In this document: one piece after another, positions 53,599-61,807 of the stretch
How the letters are laid out: each line of letters begins with the position of its first letter
Position numbering within the stretch: position 1 is the stretch's first letter
Assembly: GCA_965214615.1 (NCBI GenBank)
Contig: OZ243952.1
Span: forward strand, 2,573,734 to 2,637,733
Origin: Arenicellales bacterium
GTDB lineage: Bacteria; Pseudomonadota; Gammaproteobacteria; Arenicellales; JAJDZL01
Length of the DNA stretch: 64,000 nucleotides
Direction of reading: 5' to 3'
Notes under the pieces: generated by a model
Databases searched by the model: none
Told to the model about the DNA's origin: nothing
Seen by the model: the letters and a program-made list of their open reading frames with translations, nothing else
Position numbers and translations under genes: made by a program

Positions 53599-53840
53599 CT
53601 TGCTGCCCTCTAAGCCGACGGAGCCGGAACCAAGCAAAATTTACTGTGCCGTGCGCAACCTTTCGTCGATGACAGACTAACACCCGTCATAACTTCAATG
53701 CCATCACGTTCCGCTTTCCGCGACCGATCGTCATGTCTTTAGTCATTCGCATAAGCAATGTCTATCGACTGTGTCTCGGATTTCGGCAACACCCGCATAA
53801 CTCCCAGCCCCGATTGGCAGCCAGCGACGCAGCGCCTCGG

Positions 53841-55145
53841 TCAATCCAAAGCGCTTTGCAGATAGCCAAGAATCTCGTCGACGTGATTTCGCTCCGAAAT
53901 AAGCGGAGGCGCAACCAGCAGTGCATCGCCTGTCGCTTTGACGTGCATTCCTGCATGAAACAGTTTTTTCTGCATTTCAAGACCGGCATTGCCCGCTGGG
54001 CCGTTCGGCTTCAGGTCGATTCCTGCAAGCAGGCCGTACCCGCGGATATCCGTAACTTGCGAACAGTCCTGCAAGGAATACATCGCATCCAGGAAATAGT
54101 CCGAAAGCGCCGCTGCGCGGTCAAACAGATTTTCCTTCTCGTAGATGTCCAAAGTTGCCAGCCCGGCCGCACACGCCGCAGGATGGCCCGAATAGGTGTA
54201 GCCATGAAAAAATTCGACGCCGTTGCCTTCGGATTGATCGACGATGGTGTCGTAGACATCGTCCGACACCGCAACAGCACCCATCGGCTGCGCGGCATTG
54301 GTCAAAGCCTTGGCCATCGTAATCATGTCGGGCACGACTTCGAAGCTTTGCGACGCGAACGGCTTGCCTGTCCGGCCAAAGCCGCAAATCACCTCGTCAA
54401 AAATCAGCAGGATGCCATGCTCGTCGCATATTTCACGCAACCGGGCCAAATACCCTTTCGGAGGCACGAGGCAGCCGGTGGAGCCTGCGATCGGCTCGAC
54501 GATGCACGCCGCAATCGTATCGGCACCAAAATTCTGCACAGCCCGCTGCAGGTCATCGGCAAGGTAGGCTCCGGTTTCAGGCTGGCCGCGGACGAATCGG
54601 TTTTCGGGCAGCCAGGTGTGGCGCATGTGCGAAACTCCCGCCATGCCCAGACCGAATACATTCCGATTCTTGACCATTCCGCTCAGTGCAGTGCCGCCCA
54701 TGTTCACGCCGTGATAGGCGCGCTCACGCGATACGAAGCGCTGACGCCCTCCTTCCTTGCGCGCATGGTGATACGCCAACGCAATCTTGATGACCGTCTC
54801 AACCGCTTCAGAACCGGAATTCACAAAAAAGACCCGGTCGAGTCCTTCGGGCGTGATTTTTGCCAGACGGCTTGCAAAATTGAACGAATGCTCATGGCCA
54901 AGCTGGAAAGGGGCCGTATAGGCGAGTTCAAGCAGTTGCCGGTGTACGGCATCGGCAATTTCCTTGCGGCTGTGACCTGCGGCGCAGCAGAACAGCCCTG
55001 ACGAACCGTCGAGAATCCGCCTGCCTTCGGGTGAAAAAAGATAGACTCCCTCGCCTCGTGCGACCAGACGGGGATCGGATTTAAAATCACGGTTGCCGGT
55101 AAACGGCATCCAATGATTGGAAAGTATTTCTGAAGCGTATCGCAT
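53841..55145 (-). CDS. Class-III (omega) aminotransferase. The family includes beta-alanine--pyruvate and taurine--pyruvate aminotransferases
   Basis: 434 aa. HWMPFTGNRDFKSDPRLVARGEGVYLFSPEGRRILDGSSGLFCCAAGHSRKEI resembles omega-amino acid:pyruvate aminotransferases (HWMPFTANRQFK..PR.....G.......GR.ILDG.AGLWC.NAGH.R.EI). It is divergent from ald-xsc-pta. Confidence 0.8.
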   Translation of the reverse strand: MRYASEILSNHWMPFTGNRDFKSDPRLVARGEGVYLFSPEGRRILDGSSGLFCCAAGHSRKEIADAVHRQLLELAYTAPFQLGHEHSFNFASRLAKITPEGLDRVFFVNSGSEAVETVIKIALAYHHARKEGGRQRFVSRERAYHGVNMGGTALSGMVKNRNVFGLGMAGVSHMRHTWLPENRFVRGQPETGAYLADDLQRAVQNFGADTIAACIVEPIAGSTGCLVPPKGYLARLREICDEHGILLIFDEVICGFGRTGKPFASQSFEVVPDMITMAKALTNAAQPMGAVAVSDDVYDTIVDQSEGNGVEFFHGYTYSGHPAACAAGLATLDIYEKENLFDRAAALSDYFLDAMYSLQDCSQVTDIRGYGLLAGIDLKPNGPAGNAGLEMQKKLFHAGMHVKATGDALLVAPPLISERNHVDEILGYLQSALD

Positions 55146-55522
55146 GGGTGAATCGGCCTTGAACCCGATGATTGAAGATCATTGAATGGTGCTTGTAAAA
55201 TTCCCTGCCTCTATGCCGGCGGAAATGCGGATGCCGCGAGCCCGAGCATCACCCCGGATCGCATGGCAGCCGATGTTCTTATTGTAGGATAATTTTGGAT
55301 TGTGTTTCTTTCGGGATTGCGGAAAGACCGCTGAATCGACGCTGGTGATGCATGCAAATTCGACTTTGCGCGGCGATGCCGGATCAACTGGTCTACGCGT
55401 GCCATTGCAAATGCGATACGAATCACCGACCGGCAAAAACCGTAAGTATAATGGCACGCTCGCGAAACATTCTGCGACACAATTTTTCCGCTATTGAAAG
55501 CATTTATTGACAAGGAGGCATC

Positions 55523-56644
55523 ATGAAAATCGGAGTTCCAAAGGAATCCAAAATTGAAGAATACCGCGTCGGGCTGGTGCCCGGATGCGTTCGCGAACTG
55601 GTTGAACGGGGACATGAGGTCGCCGTCGAGACCAATGCAGGAATCGGACTGCACGCAACCGACGACCAGTATCGCTCTGCCGGAGCCTCGATCGTCGAAT
55701 CCGCCTGTGATGTATTTTCCAGCGCCGATATGATCATCAAGGTGAAAGAGCCTCTCGCGCATGAACGCAAATTGCTGCACGAAGGGCAAATTCTTTTCAC
55801 CTATCTGCATCTGGCCCCGGATGCCGAGCAGACCCGCGACCTCGTCGACAGCGGAGCGGTCTGCATTGCCTACGAAACCGTCACCTCAGGCAAGGGCACG
55901 CTGCCATTGCTGGCTCCGATGTCAAAAGTCGCCGGGCGAATGGCCGTGCAGGAAGGCGCATGGTGCCTGGAACGCACGCACGGAGGACGGGGCATGCTGC
56001 TTGGCGGCGTTCCGGGAGTCGATCCGGCAAAGGTCGTGATCATCGGCGGCGGGGTTGTCGGCACCCACGCAACACATATCGCCGTAGGCATGGGAGCCGA
56101 TGTATGGGTGCTGGATAAGAGCACCGATGTACTGGAAAACCATTGGAGACAGTTCGGCCGGTCCACAAACGCCGTCTTTTCAACCCGCGAATCGCTCGAA
56201 ACGCACCTGCAGGACGCAGACCTGGTGATCGGAGCGGTTCTGGTTCCAGGCGCACAGGCGCCGCGCGTGGTGAGTAAGGACATGATCGGCCACATGCGGC
56301 CGGGTTCGGTCATCGTCGATGTCGCCATCGATCAAGGCGGATGCTTTGACACCTCGCGCCCCACCACGCACTCCGAGCCGACCTATGAAGTCGACGGCGT
56401 CGTGCACTACTGCGTCACCAATATGCCCGGCGCAGTGCCCCGAACATCGACCCATGCGCTGAACAACGTCGTGCTTCCCTACGCCATCGAACTGGCGGAC
56501 AAAGGCTATCGGCAGGCGCTGAATGACAATGACCACCTGCGCGAAGGCCTGAATGTGCACAAGGGAAAAGTTACCTACAGGCAAGTCGCAGAAAACCTAA
56601 ACTACGACTACTGTCCGGCGTCCGAAGCCATCAATGCACACTAG
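55523..56644 (+). CDS. ald: Alanine dehydrogenase
   Basis: MKIGVPKESKIEEYRVGLVPGCVRELVERGHEVAVETNAGIG...VVIIGGGVVGTHA, with an AGGAGG ribosome-binding site just upstream. Confidence 0.92.
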   Translation: MKIGVPKESKIEEYRVGLVPGCVRELVERGHEVAVETNAGIGLHATDDQYRSAGASIVESACDVFSSADMIIKVKEPLAHERKLLHEGQILFTYLHLAPDAEQTRDLVDSGAVCIAYETVTSGKGTLPLLAPMSKVAGRMAVQEGAWCLERTHGGRGMLLGGVPGVDPAKVVIIGGGVVGTHATHIAVGMGADVWVLDKSTDVLENHWRQFGRSTNAVFSTRESLETHLQDADLVIGAVLVPGAQAPRVVSKDMIGHMRPGSVIVDVAIDQGGCFDTSRPTTHSEPTYEVDGVVHYCVTNMPGAVPRTSTHALNNVVLPYAIELADKGYRQALNDNDHLREGLNVHKGKVTYRQVAENLNYDYCPASEAINAH

Positions 56645-56701
56645 CGGACGCCGAAAGCAGACACATTTGATATTTTCACCCATTCAATCAAGAGTTCAAT
56701 T

Positions 56702-58453
56702 ATGCCTTTAATGACTTCAAGCGAATCATTCGTCGAGACACTAGTGTCATACGGCGTTACCGATGTCTTCGGCATCGTCGGGTCGGCCTATATGGATGCG
56801 CTCGACATCTTTCCCGCCGCAGGCATCCGGTTCATACCGACCGTGCATGAGCAGGGATCTGCGCATATGGCCGACGGATTTGCCCGGGTAAGCGGCCGCC
56901 ACGGCGTATGCATCGCGCAAAACGGCCCGGGAATCACAAACTTCGTCACCGCAATCGCAGCCGCCTACTGGGCGCACTCGCCTGTTGTGGCGATCACGCC
57001 CGAAACCGGAAGCGGCACCATGGGACTCGGCGGATTCCAGGAAACCGAGCAGCTGCCCATCTTTTCCAAGATCACCAAGTATCAGGCGCACGTCAGCGGG
57101 CCCCAGCGGATGGCGGAATTTACCGCCCGCTGCTTCGATCTGGCCATGTCTGAACGAGGCCCGACGCAACTGAATATTCCGCGGGACTACTTCTACGGCG
57201 ATGTCAATATCGACGTTCCCAACCCGCAGGTCATCGAACGCGGTGCCGGAGGCGGCAACTCACTCGCAGACGCGGCACGGCTTCTGGCAGACGCGGAGTT
57301 TCCAGTAATTCTGGCCGGCGGCGGCGTAATCATGGCCAACGCTGTCGATTCATGCGTCGAACTGGCCGAATACCTGTCTGCGCCCGTAGTCAACAGCTAC
57401 CTGCACAACGATTCATTCCCGGCCCGTCACCCGCTGTGGGCCGGCCCGCTGGGCTATCAGGGATCGAAAGCCGGCATGAGGCTGATCTCCAAAGCCGATG
57501 TAGTACTGGCGCTCGGCACCAGGCTGGGGCCGTTCGGCACGCTGCCGCAGCACGGGATGGACTACTGGCCCAAGGATGCCAAAATCATCCAGGTCGATGT
57601 CGATCATCAGAAAATCGGACTTGTAAAGAAGATCTCGGTCGGCATATGCGGCGATGCAGGCGAATCGTCGCGCGCCATCTTGGAACAGCTGAAAAACCGC
57701 GAACATATCGCCTGCCTGCAGAACAGGGATTCCAGGCTGAAGGAAATCGCCGGGGAAAAGGCGAACTGGGAGTCCGAACTGAACGACTGGACTGAGGAGC
57801 GCGACGAGTGGAGCCAGTCGATGTGCGCAGAGGACGAAGGCATGCTGCACCCGCGCCAGGTGCTCCGTGAACTCGAAAGGGCGACGCCTTCGAATGCTGC
57901 AATCTCTACCGACATCGGCAACATCTGCTCGGTCTCCAACAGCTATCTGAGGTTCGACAGGCCGCGCAGCTTTTTCGCCGCGATGAGCTTCGGAAACTGC
58001 GGATATGCCTTTCCCGTCATCATGGGTGTCAAGGTTGCGGCGCCGGACCGCCCGGCAATCGCCTATGTCGGCGACGGTGCCTGGGCCATGAGCATGGGAG
58101 AGATTCTCACCTGCGTGCGCGAGCAGATTCCGGTGACCCCTGTCGTATTCAACAACCGTCAGTGGGGAGCCGAGAAGAAGAATCAGGTCGATTTCTACGG
58201 CCGCAGATTCGAAGGCGTGAATCTTGACAATCCAAGCTGGGCCAAGATTGCACAGTCCATGGGAGCCGAAGGCATAATCGTCGACAAGCTTGACATGGTG
58301 GGCGATGCGTTGCGCGAAGCGTGCGCAGCACAGCGCGAAGGCAAGACGACGGTGGTCGAGGTGATGTGCACCCGTGAACTGGGCGACCCGTTCCGCCGCG
58401 ATGCGCTGAGCGCACCGGTCCGCCACCTTGAAAAATACAAGCAGTACGTCTAG
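56702..58453 (+). CDS. xsc: Sulfoacetaldehyde acetyltransferase (ThDP-dependent)
   Basis: 583 aa. The stretch QNGPGITNFVTAIAAAYWAHSPVVAITPETGSGTMGLGGFQETEQLPIFSKITKYQAHVSGPQRMAEF...QLNIPRDYF follows the pattern I recall for Xsc (GQNGPGITNFVT...AYW.H.P....TP....G.GGFQE.EQ......RMAE....Q.NIPRD). It is followed by pta, as in known xsc-pta operons. Confidence 0.8.
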   Translation: MPLMTSSESFVETLVSYGVTDVFGIVGSAYMDALDIFPAAGIRFIPTVHEQGSAHMADGFARVSGRHGVCIAQNGPGITNFVTAIAAAYWAHSPVVAITPETGSGTMGLGGFQETEQLPIFSKITKYQAHVSGPQRMAEFTARCFDLAMSERGPTQLNIPRDYFYGDVNIDVPNPQVIERGAGGGNSLADAARLLADAEFPVILAGGGVIMANAVDSCVELAEYLSAPVVNSYLHNDSFPARHPLWAGPLGYQGSKAGMRLISKADVVLALGTRLGPFGTLPQHGMDYWPKDAKIIQVDVDHQKIGLVKKISVGICGDAGESSRAILEQLKNREHIACLQNRDSRLKEIAGEKANWESELNDWTEERDEWSQSMCAEDEGMLHPRQVLRELERATPSNAAISTDIGNICSVSNSYLRFDRPRSFFAAMSFGNCGYAFPVIMGVKVAAPDRPAIAYVGDGAWAMSMGEILTCVREQIPVTPVVFNNRQWGAEKKNQVDFYGRRFEGVNLDNPSWAKIAQSMGAEGIIVDKLDMVGDALREACAAQREGKTTVVEVMCTRELGDPFRRDALSAPVRHLEKYKQYV

Positions 58454-58465
58454 AACGTTCCTGGC

Positions 58466-59443
58466 TTGGGCTCTAAAGGTCTACACGCCCGCACTGTCGT
58501 ATTTGCAGAAGCGGCGGACGAGCGAATGCTCCGTGCCGCCGCTATTGCTCAATCTGCCCATGGCGTAGCGCCAATCCTGACCGGCGCCGAAGCCGACATT
58601 CTCGCCGTCGCGGCGGCGCATAGCCTGGATGTCGGCAACCTTGAAATCTGCGACCCGGCAAAAGACTCCCGAATCGGCGAACTGATCGAGGTCGCAGCAA
58701 GCGGTCCCCGGAAACTGAGCCCGGCAATCGCAGCGCGCATGCTGCGAAAACCGCTGATGTACAGCGCCTGCCTGGTTCGTGCGCAGCGCGCTCAGGCGAT
58801 GGTCGCCGGAGCGTCAGTGCCGACAGCAAAGGTGCTGGAGGCAGGACTCATAATGATCGGCGCGCAGCAGGGCATAGGCACGCCGTCAAGCTACTTCGCG
58901 ATGCATTTGCCCGCCAACGGCAATGCACAAAGGCGCACAGTCCTTTTTGCCGACTGCGCAGTCAATGTGAATCCAACCGCCGAGCAACTCGCAGACATCG
59001 CTATTTCGACAGCCCGCAATGCACGGCACATCCTTGAATCACAGCCGCGCGTGGCAATGCTCTCGTTCTCATCCAGAGGCAGCGCGCGCCACGAACTTGT
59101 CAGCAAAGTCGTCGAAGCAACTGCCATCGTCGCCGAACGTGACCCGAACCTTCTGATTGACGGCGAGCTTCAATTCGACGCAGCCTTCGACCCCAGGGTC
59201 GCCGAACTGAAACTTGGCGGACAAGGGGAACAGGCGGTCGCAGGCTGCGCCAATGTGTTCATATTTCCGGATTTGAACTCTGGAAACATCGGCTACAAGA
59301 TTGCGCAATATCTAGCCGGCGCCAAGGCGATCGGGCCTGTACTGCAAGGATTCGCTCACCCGGTCAGCGACTTGTCGCGCGGCGCTACGGTCGACGATAT
59401 CGTTGAAACCACCAAGCTGCTGCTTGCCGCATCCGGCCCGTAG
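58466..59443 (+). CDS. pta: Phosphate acetyltransferase (short form)
   Basis: FADCAVNVNPTAEQLADIAISTA...AMLSFSSRGSARHE...IDGELQFDAAF...ANVFIFPDLNSGNIGYKIAQ...GPVLQGFAHPVSDLSRG matches the PTA_PTB family motifs. Confidence 0.88.
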   Translation: MGSKGLHARTVVFAEAADERMLRAAAIAQSAHGVAPILTGAEADILAVAAAHSLDVGNLEICDPAKDSRIGELIEVAASGPRKLSPAIAARMLRKPLMYSACLVRAQRAQAMVAGASVPTAKVLEAGLIMIGAQQGIGTPSSYFAMHLPANGNAQRRTVLFADCAVNVNPTAEQLADIAISTARNARHILESQPRVAMLSFSSRGSARHELVSKVVEATAIVAERDPNLLIDGELQFDAAFDPRVAELKLGGQGEQAVAGCANVFIFPDLNSGNIGYKIAQYLAGAKAIGPVLQGFAHPVSDLSRGATVDDIVETTKLLLAASGP

Positions 59444-59464
59444 GGACATCCGGCTCGGCGCGAC

Positions 59465-60604
59465 TCACCTTTCGTCAATGGGAACGTAGTCGCGCGGCGG
59501 CGGTCCGTTGTAGACGGTCAGGGGCCGAATCAGAATATTGGCTTCGAGCTGTTCGATGATCTGGCTGAACCAGCCCGGGGTGCGCCCTATTGCAAATATG
59601 GGCACGAACAAGTCTTCCGGAATGCCGTGCAGGTGATAGACGACGCCGGAATAGAAGTCGACATTGACGTTCACGCCGTGACGCGCATAGGGCTTCATCG
59701 CTTCGACCAGCGCCTGAAGAATCTCATACCAGTGAGGCTGGCCCATTTCGATCGACAGTTTCTGCACCCCCTCCTTCATATGCCGGGCGCGCGGGTCTTC
59801 TGCGCGATAGACGCGGTGGCCGAACCCCATCACCGCTTCGCGGTTGGCGCGCTTGGTTTTGACGTATTCGGCCGCATTCTCCGGCTTGCCGACTTCCTGC
59901 GCCATTTTCATGACATTTTCAGCGGCACCGCCGTGGGCGGGACCCGAAAGAGCGGCAATCGCCGCGGTCATGGATGCGTAGACGTTCGCATCGGTGCCGG
60001 TAACCACCCTTGCAGTAAATGAAGAAGCATTCGATCCGTGCTCGGCATGCAGTATCAGGTCCTTGTCAAACAGCTGCGCCGCATCCTGACTTGGCGCCTC
60101 GCCCTTTAAAAGGTACAGGAAATGGGCGGCATGGCTCAGATCGGCTGACGGGCTGACAGGATCCCTGCCATTTCGAATGTTGTCATGCGCCGCGACGATC
60201 ATCGGCACCTTCGACGTCAGTCGAATTGCCGCGTCGACAACCGCATCGGCACGGCTGTCGTCCGGATTGTCCTCCAATGCGCCCAATGCGGAAACGCAGG
60301 TGCGCAGCACTTCCATCGGGTGCGCGTGCCTGACTGCTCCGATGATGTCGATGATTTGATCAGGCAGCATTCTCTCCTGCCTGAGGCGTTCGTCGAAACG
60401 GCTCAGCTGCTCGCGGTCAGGGAGACCGCCATGCAGCAGCAGGTATGCCGTCTCTTCGAAATTCGAATGCGCGGCAAGATCGTGGATCGAGTATCCACGA
60501 TAGCGCAAATCTCCGGCACGTCCGTCAATGGATGAAACGGCCGAGCGGGCGAAATACACTCCCTTGAGGCCGCGATGCAGTTCGGTCTTGGTTACTTCTT
60601 TCAT
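59465..60604 (-). CDS. Citrate synthase / 2-methylcitrate synthase family enzyme (small type)
   Basis: 379 aa. GLKGVYFARSAVSSIDGRAGDLRYRGYSIHDLA...HAEHGSNASSF...GFGHRVYRAEDPRA are the citrate synthase catalytic His/Asp motifs. Confidence 0.85.
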   Translation of the reverse strand: MKEVTKTELHRGLKGVYFARSAVSSIDGRAGDLRYRGYSIHDLAAHSNFEETAYLLLHGGLPDREQLSRFDERLRQERMLPDQIIDIIGAVRHAHPMEVLRTCVSALGALEDNPDDSRADAVVDAAIRLTSKVPMIVAAHDNIRNGRDPVSPSADLSHAAHFLYLLKGEAPSQDAAQLFDKDLILHAEHGSNASSFTARVVTGTDANVYASMTAAIAALSGPAHGGAAENVMKMAQEVGKPENAAEYVKTKRANREAVMGFGHRVYRAEDPRARHMKEGVQKLSIEMGQPHWYEILQALVEAMKPYARHGVNVNVDFYSGVVYHLHGIPEDLFVPIFAIGRTPGWFSQIIEQLEANILIRPLTVYNGPPPRDYVPIDER

Positions 60605-60645
60605 GCGTATTCAATGTTCGATTGTTGTAGAAAATGTACCCTGCG

Positions 60646-61041
60646 CTACCGCCATTCAGAGTGCTGCGGCAATTCGTCGCCAATGTCGTACCAGTCGGGC
60701 TTGTGGCTGACCCAGATGTGGCCGTTCGCCTTGAACCCCAGATCGCCGTCAAGCGCGCCGATACGTAGAATTACATCGTCCGGATCGCGGTCGCATCGAG
60801 CAAATACATGAGTGCCGCAATTGCTGCAAAAATAGCGTGTTTTCCCTGGCGATGATTGATACTTGGACAGGACATCCTGACCCTGGATCACTGTGAAGCC
60901 GGATTCGGCAGTCAAGGCGCTCGAACCGTATGCTGTTGCGTGCACCTTTCGGCACGTGCGGCAATGGCAGTGATGAAAACGGCGTATCGGCGCGAGGACT
61001 TCGAAGCCGACCGCTTTGCACAAGCAAGTGCCTGTATGCAT
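60646..61041 (-). CDS. GFA (glutathione-dependent formaldehyde-activating / CENP-V) family protein
   Basis: CLCKAVGFEV...HCHCRTCRKVHATAY...FCSNCGTHVF shows the Zn-binding Cys clusters of the GFA fold. Confidence 0.8.
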   Translation of the reverse strand: MHTGTCLCKAVGFEVLAPIRRFHHCHCRTCRKVHATAYGSSALTAESGFTVIQGQDVLSKYQSSPGKTRYFCSNCGTHVFARCDRDPDDVILRIGALDGDLGFKANGHIWVSHKPDWYDIGDELPQHSEWR

Positions 61042-61074
61042 ATCGTATTCCCTCCGGGTTGACTGGATTGCGGG

Positions 61075-61788
61075 CTAATCGTCGAAAACAACCGTGACCC
61101 GACGGTTCTTGCGCCCTTTCTTTTCTATCTTTTCGATTCGCACCGGCCCGATTTCGGACGAATCAGCGACATGCGTCCCGCCGCATGGCTGCAAGTCGAT
61201 CCCCTTGAAATGCACCAGGCGCACCATGCCGGCGCCCCGCGGCGGCTGAACCGCCATGGTCCTGACAAGCTTCGGATTGGCGTCGAGCTCCTCATCGGAA
61301 ATCCACCGGATGTCGCAGGCGCTTCGCTTGAGCACCAGCCGGTTCAAAGACTGCTCCAGCTGACGCTTGTCGACCGTCTGTTCCATGTCAAAGTCCAATC
61401 TGCCCCGGTCGGGATAGATCTGTCCTCCGGTCACCTGGGCCGGAATCAGCGCGCACAGCAGGTGCAGGCAGCTGTGCATTCGCATCAGGCGATGCCGGCG
61501 GTCCCAGTCAATTTCAAGATGGAGGCCGGCAGCGGGTTCGGGCAGCGGCGACTCGGCGCTGCAATAATGAAGGATCTCGCCGGTATCGCGGCTGCGCCTG
61601 GTATCGACTATGTCGATTTGCTCGCCGTTGCTCAATGTCGCCCAGCCCTGATCTCCCGGCTGACCGCCGCCTGTCGGATAAAACACCGTTCGGCTCGCTG
61701 CAAAGGCATGCGATTGCGGATCTGCAGCTGAGACAACCGCGGTGCATGCTCTGGCATACGGGTCGGATTGAAACAGTTCCTTTGCCAC
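61075..61788 (-). CDS. AlaX-type alanyl-tRNA editing protein (Thr/Ala-tRNA synthetase second additional domain)
   Basis: The in-frame GTG at 61788 is preceded by AAGGA and gives (M)AKELFQSDPYARACTAVV...FYPTGGGQPGDQG...MRMHSCLHLLCA...QPCGGTHV (the HxxxH and CxxxH Zn motifs). The longer listed ORF (to 62160) would overlap the upstream gene by 350 nt. Confidence 0.8.
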   Translation of the reverse strand: MAKELFQSDPYARACTAVVSAADPQSHAFAASRTVFYPTGGGQPGDQGWATLSNGEQIDIVDTRRSRDTGEILHYCSAESPLPEPAAGLHLEIDWDRRHRLMRMHSCLHLLCALIPAQVTGGQIYPDRGRLDFDMEQTVDKRQLEQSLNRLVLKRSACDIRWISDEELDANPKLVRTMAVQPPRGAGMVRLVHFKGIDLQPCGGTHVADSSEIGPVRIEKIEKKGRKNRRVTVVFDD

Positions 61789-61807
61789 GAACCTGATTCC
61801 TTGAACA

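Noticed and set aside
53733-55001. A 422-aa plus-strand ORF, with similar long antisense ORFs at 39866..40756, 43415..44143, 57413..58426, 46178..46726, 47669..48232, 55211..55810 and 62582..63244.
   Set aside because: Each is the mirror frame of a confidently identified enzyme gene (aminotransferase, gshB, sohB, xsc, panC, mmsA, ald, DMGDH-like). They have no recognisable motifs and an Arg-rich composition.
55447-55465. TGGCAC at 55452-55457 as a sigma-54 -24 element upstream of ald. It overlaps a perfect TATAAT at 55447-55452.
   Set aside because: The required TTGC at the -12 position is absent (the sequence is TGGCACgctcgCGAA). The TATAAT has no convincing -35 (best candidate TCACCG/CACCGA), so I did not list it as a promoter feature.
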